Shown here piece by piece: positions 1 to 5,645 of a stretch of DNA of 5,823 nt. The notes under the pieces were generated by a model that saw only the letters and a program-made list of their open reading frames with translations, was not told the origin of the DNA and searched no databases. The stretch comes from a virus (taxonomy: Duplodnaviria > Heunggongvirae > Uroviricota > Caudoviricetes). The stretch lies in the IMG/VR virus record IMGVR_UViG_2695420372_000014; one strand, 5' to 3'. Position 1 is the first letter of the stretch. Every line of letters starts with the position of its first letter. Both the position numbers and the translations under genes were made by a program.

Positions 1-41
1 TTTTTTATTGTTGTCAGCTTCCGGATAACGGGAGACGGGGT

Positions 42-257
42 ATGTACCAGATGGAAAAAATCACAACAGGTGTGTCATACACCACGTCAGCGGTGGGAAC
101 GGGCTACTGGTTCCTGCAGTTGCTGGACAGGGTTTCCCCGTCTCAGTGGGCGGCAATAGGCGTGCTGGGGAGTCTGCTGTTTGGGCTGCTGACATATCTG
201 ACTAACCTGTATTTCAAAATCAGAGAGGACCGTCGTAAGGCTGCACGGGGAGAGTAA
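42..257 (+). CDS. S: Class II pinholin, phage-21 S-type (71 aa) with dual-start motif
   Basis: The ORF begins [10 protein letters not shown], with Met1 and Met4 separated by a charged residue, as in the phage-21 S antiholin/holin dual start. Two hydrophobic segments ([19 protein letters not shown] and [22 protein letters not shown]) are followed by a charged C-terminal tail [13 protein letters not shown], which matches the S21 pinholin as I recall it. A G-rich Shine-Dalgarno-like stretch (gggagacgggg) lies upstream. It is paired with a SAR endolysin downstream, which is the expected partner. Confidence 0.85.
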   Translation: MYQMEKITTGVSYTTSAVGTGYWFLQLLDRVSPSQWAAIGVLGSLLFGLLTYLTNLYFKIREDRRKAARGE

Positions 258-261
258 TTCA

Positions 262-1068
262 ATGACTCAAAACTATGAACTGATTGTGAAAGGGATCCGC
301 AATTTTGAGAATAAAGTTACGGTAACTTTAGCGTTACGGGACAAAAAACGCTTTGACGGTGAAATTTTTGACCTGGACATCTCGCTGGACCGTGTTGAAG
401 GTGCCGCGCTGGAGGTTTATGAGGCAGCAGCCAGAAGGAGCATCAGACAGGTCTTCCTGGATGTTGCTGCCGGGTTATGTGAAGGGGATGAGCTGTCGCC
501 GGAAAAGCGCCCCATAATTTTAGAGGCGCAGGATGTGTTGATAACCTACAAAGGAAAGCTACCGGGAAGAATTACTGGTTCTCTGAAGATGCCGCCGTCA
601 ACACTGCGGTCAGAAAAAGAGGCGTCTTGTCTGCAGTCTGAGTACTCCATTACGGTTAAAAGTGCCGGAGAGGAAGGAAATAAACGTTATTTTATTGCGT
701 CTGCACCTGATAAAGATCAGGAATGGGAGTGTAACCGGCCATCCTTTGTTGTATACGGAGATGGCGGGAAAATAACCATCTCAGAAAATGGGAAATTAAC
801 ACCGCCATCGCACCAGCATAGTGAGGCGCTCATTGAATTTGCCATTGATTACCTGAAGAACAATAAAAAGCAGGGGCTGATGAAGCGCATTGGTCGTTGC
901 ATGGGATATCTGCAGGTAGCAGCTGAGATTGAAATGATGGCCAGTGGTGCTGACAATGATGCAGTTGTGCTGGAGGCTCTTCTGCGTGATTTTGATAATA
1001 CGCCCTTTAAGAAAGCACCTGTTGACTGGATGCAGCCGGGGATGACTTATCTGAAAGGGCGTATATAA
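262..1068 (+). CDS. Hypothetical protein (268 aa), unknown function, inserted between holin and endolysin
   Basis: A long uninterrupted ORF whose ATG lies 4 nt after the holin stop, with a ggagag Shine-Dalgarno-like motif inside the holin 3' end, so it is likely translationally coupled to the late lysis operon. It has no obvious transmembrane segment or signal peptide. Spot counts of 60-nt stretches give about 37-42% G+C, against about 60% in the flanking holin and terminase. I recognise no catalytic motif or known family. Confidence 0.6.
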   Translation: MTQNYELIVKGIRNFENKVTVTLALRDKKRFDGEIFDLDISLDRVEGAALEVYEAAARRSIRQVFLDVAAGLCEGDELSPEKRPIILEAQDVLITYKGKLPGRITGSLKMPPSTLRSEKEASCLQSEYSITVKSAGEEGNKRYFIASAPDKDQEWECNRPSFVVYGDGGKITISENGKLTPPSHQHSEALIEFAIDYLKNNKKQGLMKRIGRCMGYLQVAAEIEMMASGADNDAVVLEALLRDFDNTPFKKAPVDWMQPGMTYLKGRI

Positions 1069-1077
1069 GGTGGCTCG

Positions 1078-1392
1078 TTATCTGTTGCTGGATAATCGAC
1101 TGAAGATGCGTTCTTTTTGTGTTTTTGCGTAATGATTGTCCCACTCACAATCAAGGTAGCTTAATTCTTCATTCAACCAGTTATTTATATTGGTCTTAAT
1201 ACGCATAAGCATGGGCTGTGTTAATGCTCTGGCGATAATGCCGAGAGTCACAGGTGTGAGATGTCCATACGGCTCAGCCTGAATGGATTTTACTGCATCG
1301 TGTTCTTGTGGGAGGAGTAAGAGGCACTCTGATTTTACCCGCTCATTTATGGCTTGCAGGCATAAATCATAATTATGTTGATCGTTATGCAT
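1078..1392 (-). CDS. Hypothetical protein (104 aa), unknown function, convergent with the 268-aa ORF
   Basis: Minus-strand ORF with an ATG start preceded by a gagga Shine-Dalgarno motif about 6 nt upstream (minus-strand reading ...agtagaggattaacc-ATG). The plus strand has no competing ORF here. A 60-nt spot count gives about 32% G+C. Its stop is only 9 bp from the stop of the 268-aa ORF. The composition is protein-like and soluble, with no family recognised. Confidence 0.45.
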   Translation of the reverse strand: MHNDQHNYDLCLQAINERVKSECLLLLPQEHDAVKSIQAEPYGHLTPVTLGIIARALTQPMLMRIKTNINNWLNEELSYLDCEWDNHYAKTQKERIFSRLSSNR

Positions 1393-1520
1393 GGTTAATC
1401 CTCTACTGAAATTGTCAGATATATTTCAGCCATCAGGAAAAACGCCAGTGTCCTACCGCTGGCGGGCTGAAGATTTAACATATCCAGGGATTCGGAACCG
1501 ATAAATCCTGATAAATATCC

Positions 1521-2054
1521 ATGAACACCAAAATCAAATATGGCCTGTCGGCTGCCGTTCTGGCGTTGATTGCCATCGGTGCGCCTGCGCCTGATATTCT
1601 CGACCAGTTTCTGGATGAAAAAGAAGGTAACCACACAACGGCATACCGTGATGGTGCGGGTATCTGGACCATCTGCCGCGGTGCCACAATGGTGGATGGT
1701 AAACCTGTTATTCCGGGCATGAAACTGTCGAAGGAAAAATGCGACCAGGTTAATGCCATTGAACGGGATAAGGCGCTGGCATGGGTGGAGCGCAATATTA
1801 AAGTTCCACTGACCGAACCACAGAAAGCGGGTATAGCGTCATTCTGTCCCTATAACATTGGCCCCGGTAAGTGTTTCCCGTCGACGTTTTATAAGCGGCT
1901 GAATGCTGGTGACCGCAGGGGAGCGTGTGAGGCGATTCGCTGGTGGATTAAGGACGGTGGCAGAGACTGCCGTATTCGTTCAAACAACTGCTACGGTCAG
2001 GTATCCCGTCGTGACCAGGAGAGCGCGCTGGCGTGCTGGGGTATCGACAGATAA
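1521..2054 (+). CDS. R: SAR endolysin (T4-lysozyme-like muramidase, glycoside hydrolase family 24 type)
   Basis: The N-terminus has a Gly/Ala-rich weakly hydrophobic segment (YGLSAAVLALIAIGAPAP) typical of a signal-anchor-release domain. It is followed by EGNHTTAYRDGAGIWT, which fits the E-x8-D-x5-T catalytic triad of T4-lysozyme-type muramidases and resembles phage 21 R / P1 Lyz as recalled. Confidence 0.85.
   Translation: MNTKIKYGLSAAVLALIAIGAPAPDILDQFLDEKEGNHTTAYRDGAGIWTICRGATMVDGKPVIPGMKLSKEKCDQVNAIERDKALAWVERNIKVPLTEPQKAGIASFCPYNIGPGKCFPSTFYKRLNAGDRRGACEAIRWWIKDGGRDCRIRSNNCYGQVSRRDQESALACWGIDR
1939..1946 (+). other. Chi octamer 5'-GCTGGTGG-3' (site 1 of 3)
   Basis: Exact match to the E. 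coli Chi octamer on the plus strand, inside the endolysin gene. Confidence 0.8.
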
Positions 2055-2143
2055 GCAGAATATTTTGCTGAAAAATAAGGCATGGCCACGCGGGCGGATA
2101 ACATGAAATCCTGCGAACTGGCGAAACGTAAGTGAATAAAAGT

Positions 2144-2186
2144 AAAAACCCCGTTTGTTGGCACCAAGCGGGGTTTTGTGTTTCCT
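2144..2186. terminator. Hairpin flanked by A-run and T-run (bidirectional rho-independent terminator-like)
   Basis: The sequence is aaaaaccccgtttg-ttggcac-caagcggggtttt followed by gtgtttcc. The 13-nt arms are complementary apart from one G-U wobble, with a 7-nt loop, a U-rich tract downstream and an A-tract upstream. It lies in the roughly 300-bp gap between the endolysin stop and the Rz start. Confidence 0.45.
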
Positions 2187-2213
2187 GACTCCGGAAAAGT
2201 CAAAGGAGAAAGT

Positions 2214-2351
2214 GTGTTTGATTTTAGCAAACTGATTCGGGAGATTCGAGTGATGGCTGAAAAATTATCCACCTGGAAGTTCATTCTTATCTGGCTGGTG
2301 TTTGTGATTATGGCCTCCGGTTATTTCATCGGTCAGATACGCTGGTGGTGA
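2214..2351 (+). CDS. Small hydrophobic ORF (45 aa from GTG 2214, or 32 aa from ATG 2253) with one predicted transmembrane helix
   Basis: Translation is (M)FDFSKLIREIRVMAEKLSTWKFILIWLVFVIMASGYFIGQIRWW. An aggag Shine-Dalgarno motif at 2204..2208 lies 5 nt before GTG 2214. The TGA stop (2349..2351) is 1 nt before the Rz ATG, suggesting coupling. It is below the size cutoff of the supplied ORF track and was found by reading the sequence. Confidence 0.3.
   Translation: MFDFSKLIREIRVMAEKLSTWKFILIWLVFVIMASGYFIGQIRWW
2341..2348 (+). other. Chi octamer 5'-GCTGGTGG-3' (site 2 of 3)
   Basis: Exact match on the plus strand, immediately upstream of the Rz start codon. Confidence 0.8.
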
Positions 2352-2352
2352 A

Positions 2353-2820
2353 ATGAACCGCGTACTGTGCGTGGTCATCATTGCCCTGCTGGTGGCCTGT
2401 GGTGCGCTTAGTCTGGGGCTGAATCATTACCGTGATAACGCCATAACCTACAAAGAGCAGCGCGATAAAAAAGTCAGTGAGCTGGAGCAGGCAAATGCAA
2501 CCATTACTGATATGCAGCAGCGCCAGCGTGATGTTGCTGCACTTGATGCCAGATACTCGAGGGAATTAGCCGATGCGAGAGCTGAAAATGAAACTCTGCG
2601 CGCTGACGTTGCCGCTGGTCGTAAGCGCCTGCGGATCAACGCCACCTGCCCCGGTACCGTGCGTGAAGCCCCCACCACCTCCGGCGTGGATAATGCAACC
2701 GGCCCCCGACTGGCAGACACCGCTGAACGGGATTATTTCACTCTCAGAGAGCGGTTGATGCTGATGCAGAAGCAGCTGGAAGTGGCGCAGGAATATATCC
2801 GCACTCAGTGCCTGAAATAA
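2353..2820 (+). CDS. Rz: Spanin inner-membrane subunit Rz (i-spanin), 155 aa
   Basis: N-terminal transmembrane segment, then NHYRDNAITYK, DMQQRQRDVAALDA, RLADTAERDYFTLRERL and MQKQLE, closely matching lambda Rz as recalled. The Rz1 frame is embedded. Confidence 0.9.
   Translation: MNRVLCVVIIALLVACGALSLGLNHYRDNAITYKEQRDKKVSELEQANATITDMQQRQRDVAALDARYSRELADARAENETLRADVAAGRKRLRINATCPGTVREAPTTSGVDNATGPRLADTAERDYFTLRERLMLMQKQLEVAQEYIRTQCLK
2388..2395 (+). other. Chi octamer 5'-GCTGGTGG-3' (site 3 of 3)
   Basis: Exact match on the plus strand within the Rz N-terminal coding region. Confidence 0.8.
2573..2758 (+). CDS. Rz1: Spanin outer-membrane lipoprotein subunit Rz1 (o-spanin), embedded in the +1 frame of Rz
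   Basis: Translation MRELKMKLCALTLPLVVSACGSTPPAPVPCVKPPPPPAWIMQPAPDWQTPLNGIIS has a lipobox (VVSAC), a proline-rich region and CVKPPPPPAWIMQP...DWQTPLNGIIS nearly identical to lambda Rz1 as recalled. The true start may be the internal Met at 2588. Confidence 0.85.
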   Translation: MRELKMKLCALTLPLVVSACGSTPPAPVPCVKPPPPPAWIMQPAPDWQTPLNGIISLSESG

Positions 2821-3017
2821 GTTTTGCTGATGCGCGGTATTGTCGCCGTATCCCCGCATTAACAGAGACCGCAGCCCGACCGGGAGACTCCTCTGCGCGA
2901 GTGTGCGGGGATAATCAAAAACGATACACACCGGGGTTTACCGCGTTAACGGAGCGCGGCGTTGTCCCCTCATAGTCGCCTGTCCGGTGCGATGGTGGAA
3001 GAAACCGGACTACATTG

Positions 3018-3040
3018 AAAATGATAACCATTATCATTTT
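3018..3040. repeat. Perfect 10-bp inverted repeat (aaaatgataa / ttatcatttt) with 3-nt spacer, about 33 bp upstream of cosN
   Basis: Read directly from the sequence. The position corresponds to where lambda carries cosQ, but the sequence is not one I can match to lambda cosQ from memory. Confidence 0.5.
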
Positions 3041-3072
3041 GCGGGTCCTTTCCGGCGATCCGGGCCGTTACG

Positions 3073-3084
3073 GGGCGGCGACCT
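3073..3084. other. cosN: cosN cohesive-end sequence (12-nt GGGCGGCGACCT)
   Basis: The sequence cgttacg-gggcggcgacct-cgcgggttttcgctatttatgaaaattttccgg matches the lambda right-end/left-end junction as recalled, placed immediately upstream of Nu1 as in lambda. Confidence 0.75.
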
Positions 3085-3123
3085 CGCGGGTTTTCGCTAT
3101 TTATGAAAATTTTCCGGGGAAAA

Positions 3124-3233
3124 TCATGTCGGTACTTCTCGAACATAACTATTTGTTTTTTCTAATATCGAATCCGTAAAAGGTCCGACATGAAAACGCC
3201 TAAAAAAGTCATTTTCGGGCACTTTCATGTCGG
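3124..3233. promoter_or_regulatory. cosB: cosB-like region with three copies of a TCATGTCGG motif (direct 3124..3132, inverted 3185..3193, direct 3225..3233) around an AT-rich tract
   Basis: Three 9-bp repeats sit in a direct-inverted-direct arrangement between cosN and the Nu1 start, which fits the R3-I1-R2-R1 architecture of lambdoid cosB. The motif differs from the lambda R sequence as I recall it, consistent with the diverged Nu1 N-terminal domain. Confidence 0.55.
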
Positions 3234-3260
3234 CCCCTGTATTTATTGTGAGACTGTTTC

Positions 3261-3806
3261 ATGAAGGTTAATAAAAAGAAACTTGCCGAAATTTTCAACG
3301 TGGATCCGCGAACGATTGAACGCTGGCAGTCTCAGGGACTCCCTTGTGTCTCCGGAGGTGGTAAGGGCGTTGAATCTGTATTTGATACCGCCATGGCAAT
3401 TCAGTGGTATGCGCAGAGGGAAGCTGATATCGAAAATGAAAAACTCCGTAAAGAGGTTGAGGATTACAGGGCTGCCAGTGAGGCAGATCTCCAGCCTGGG
3501 ACTATTGAGTACGAACGCCATCGACTTACGCGTGCGCAGGCCGACGCACAGGAGCTGAAGAATGCCAGAGACTCCGCAGAGGTGGTGGAAACCGCATTCT
3601 GTACTTTCGTGCTGTCACGGATCGCAGGTGAAATTGCCAGTATTCTTGACGGGATCCCTCTCTCGGTACAGCGGCGTTTTCCGGAACTGGAAAACCGACA
3701 TGTTGATTTCCTGAAACGGGATATCATCAAAGCCATGAACAAAGCAGCCGCGCTGGATGAACTGATACCGGGGTTGCTGAGTGAATATATCGAACAGTCA
3801 GATTGA
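3261..3806 (+). CDS. nu1: Terminase small subunit Nu1 (gp1), 181 aa
   Basis: The C-terminal two thirds ([58 protein letters not shown]...[43 protein letters not shown]) are essentially identical to lambda gpNu1 as recalled. The N-terminal DNA-binding domain ([28 protein letters not shown]) is related but diverged. The 3' end overlaps the A start, as in lambda. Confidence 0.92.
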   Translation: MKVNKKKLAEIFNVDPRTIERWQSQGLPCVSGGGKGVESVFDTAMAIQWYAQREADIENEKLRKEVEDYRAASEADLQPGTIEYERHRLTRAQADAQELKNARDSAEVVETAFCTFVLSRIAGEIASILDGIPLSVQRRFPELENRHVDFLKRDIIKAMNKAAALDELIPGLLSEYIEQSD

Positions 3807-4842
3807 TATTCTGCGGCGTGATGTACGCGCCGGGCTGCGAGCCCTGTTCAGGCCGGAGCCACAGACTGCCGTTGAATGGGCGGATGCCAGTTACTATCTC
3901 CCGAAAGAATCCGCATACCAGGAAGGGCGCTGGGAAACACTGCCCTTTCAGCGGGCCATCATGAATGCGATGGGCAGCGACTACATCCGTGAGGTGAATG
4001 TGGTGAAGTCTGCCCGTGTCGGTTATTCCAAAATGCTGCTGGGTGTTTATGCCTACTTCATAGAGCATAAGCAGCGCAACACCCTTATCTGGTTGCCGAC
4101 GGATGGTGATGCCGAGAACTTTATGAAAACCCACGTTGAGCCGACTATTCGTGATATTCCGTCGCTGCTGGCGCTGGCCCCGTGGTATGGCAAAAAGCAC
4201 CGGGATAACACGCTCACCATGAAGCGTTTCACCAATGGGCGTGGCTTCTGGTGCCTGGGCGGTAAAGCGGCAAAAAACTACCGTGAAAAGTCAGTGGATG
4301 TGGCGGGTTATGATGAACTTGCTGCCTTTGATGAGGATATTGAACAGGAAGGCTCTCCAACGTTCCTGGGCGATAAGCGTATTGAAGGCTCGGTCTGGCC
4401 AAAGTCCATCCGTGGCTCCACGCCCAAAGTGAGAGGCACCTGTCAGATTGAGCGTGCAGCCAGTGAATCCCCGCATTTTATGCGTTTTCATGTTGCCTGC
4501 CCGCACTGCGGGGAGGAGCAGTACCTTAAATTTGGCGATAAAGAGACGCCGTTTGGCCTCAAATGGACGCCGGATGATCCCTCCAGCGTGTTTTATCTCT
4601 GCGAACATAATGCCTGCGTCATCCGCCAGCAGGAGCTGGACTTCACTGATGCCCGTTATATCTGCGAAAAGACCGGGATCTGGACCCGTGATGGCATTCT
4701 CTGGTTTTCGTCATCCGGTGAAGAGATTGAACCGCCTGACAGCGTGACCTTTCACATCTGGACGGCGATTACTATCTCCCGAAAGAATCCGCATACCAGG
4801 AAGGGCGCTGGGAAACACTGCCCTTTCAGCGGGCCATCATGA
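3781..4842 (+). pseudogene. A: Terminase large subunit A, N-terminal fragment: 329 native codons then a 24-codon out-of-frame tail caused by the internal tandem duplication
   Basis: GTG start overlapping the Nu1 3' end. The product matches lambda gpA (MNISNSQ...RPEPQTAVEWADA...HFMRFHVACPHCGEEQYLKFGDKETPFGLKWTPDD...SVTFHIWTA) up to nucleotide 4767. The reading frame then re-enters the duplicated segment out of frame (period 878, which is 2 mod 3), giving ITISRKNPHTRKGAGKHCPFSGPS and a stop at 4840..4842. Confidence 0.85.
3891..4767 (+). repeat. Tandem direct duplication, copy 1 (877 bp, internal to gene A)
   Basis: Base-by-base comparison with 4769..5645 at offset 878. The copies are identical except for 9 substitutions clustered at copy-1 positions 4059..4239. 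A single unmatched a at 4768 marks the junction. Confidence 0.95.
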
Positions 4843-5645
4843 ATGCGATGGGCAGCGACTACATCCGTGAGGTGAATGTGGTGAAGTCTGCCCGTGTCGG
4901 TTATTCCAAAATGCTGCTGGGTGTTTATGCCTACTTTATAGAGCATAAGCAGCGCAACACCCTTATCTGGTTGCCGACGGATGGTGATGCCGAGAACTTT
5001 ATGAAAACCCACGTTGAGCCGACCATCCGCGATATTCCGTCGCTGCTGGCGCTGGCTCCGTGGTATGGCAAAAAGCACCGGGATAACACGCTCACTATGA
5101 AGCGTTTTTCCAATGGTCGTGGCTTCTGGTGCCTGGGCGGTAAAGCGGCAAAAAACTACCGTGAAAAGTCAGTGGATGTGGCGGGTTATGATGAACTTGC
5201 TGCCTTTGATGAGGATATTGAACAGGAAGGCTCTCCAACGTTCCTGGGCGATAAGCGTATTGAAGGCTCGGTCTGGCCAAAGTCCATCCGTGGCTCCACG
5301 CCCAAAGTGAGAGGCACCTGTCAGATTGAGCGTGCAGCCAGTGAATCCCCGCATTTTATGCGTTTTCATGTTGCCTGCCCGCACTGCGGGGAGGAGCAGT
5401 ACCTTAAATTTGGCGATAAAGAGACGCCGTTTGGCCTCAAATGGACGCCGGATGATCCCTCCAGCGTGTTTTATCTCTGCGAACATAATGCCTGCGTCAT
5501 CCGCCAGCAGGAGCTGGACTTCACTGATGCCCGTTATATCTGCGAAAAGACCGGGATCTGGACCCGTGATGGCATTCTCTGGTTTTCGTCATCCGGTGAA
5601 GAGATTGAACCGCCTGACAGCGTGACCTTTCACATCTGGACGGCG
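4769..5645 (+). repeat. Tandem direct duplication, copy 2 (877 bp), contiguous with the native 3' part of gene A
   Basis: Same comparison as copy 1. The supplied ORF track shows identical alternative-frame ORF translations at +878 (4291..4608 equals 5169..5486; 4448..4747 equals 5326..5625). Confidence 0.95.

Noticed and set aside
1-41. T-run at the window start as a terminator or late promoter (pR'/qut) element
   Set aside because: Only 41 bp of upstream sequence are available. No hairpin or promoter hexamers can be defined within the window.
1393-1520. Specific sigma-70 promoter call for the minus-strand 104-aa gene
   Set aside because: Candidate hexamers on the minus strand (for example ttcctg and gacaat) match consensus weakly and spacing is ambiguous. 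A promoter is inferred to exist in this spacer but cannot be placed confidently by eye.
1395-1795. Minus-strand ORFs 1395..1634 (79 aa) and 1475..1795 (106 aa)
   Set aside because: They overlap the plus-strand SAR endolysin, which has clear catalytic and SAR motifs, so they are antisense shadow ORFs.
1903-2284. ORFs 1903..2106 (plus, 67 aa) and 1997..2284 (minus, 95 aa)
   Set aside because: The first is an alternate frame inside the endolysin. The second runs antisense across the terminator hairpin and the small-ORF region with no start context. Both are treated as spurious.
2448-2931. Minus-strand ORFs 2448..2720 and 2566..2931 overlapping Rz/Rz1
   Set aside because: Rz and Rz1 on the plus strand are strongly supported by similarity. 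The GC-rich, proline-codon-rich region generates open antisense frames by chance.
3133-3184. IHF site (I1) between the first and second cosB repeats
   Set aside because: The tract is AT-rich and in the right place, but I could not find a convincing match to the IHF consensus, so no site is called.
3243-3742. ORFs 3243..3521 (minus), 3283..3558 (plus, alternate frame) and 3464..3742 (minus) inside Nu1
   Set aside because: Nu1 in the plus frame starting at 3261 matches lambda gpNu1 along its length. The others are frame shadows.
3891-5645. Possibility that the repeated DNA is a CRISPR array or an insertion sequence
   Set aside because: There are only two copies of a long (877-bp) coding segment in direct tandem, with no short repeat-spacer periodicity, no transposase ORF and no terminal inverted repeats or target-site duplication.
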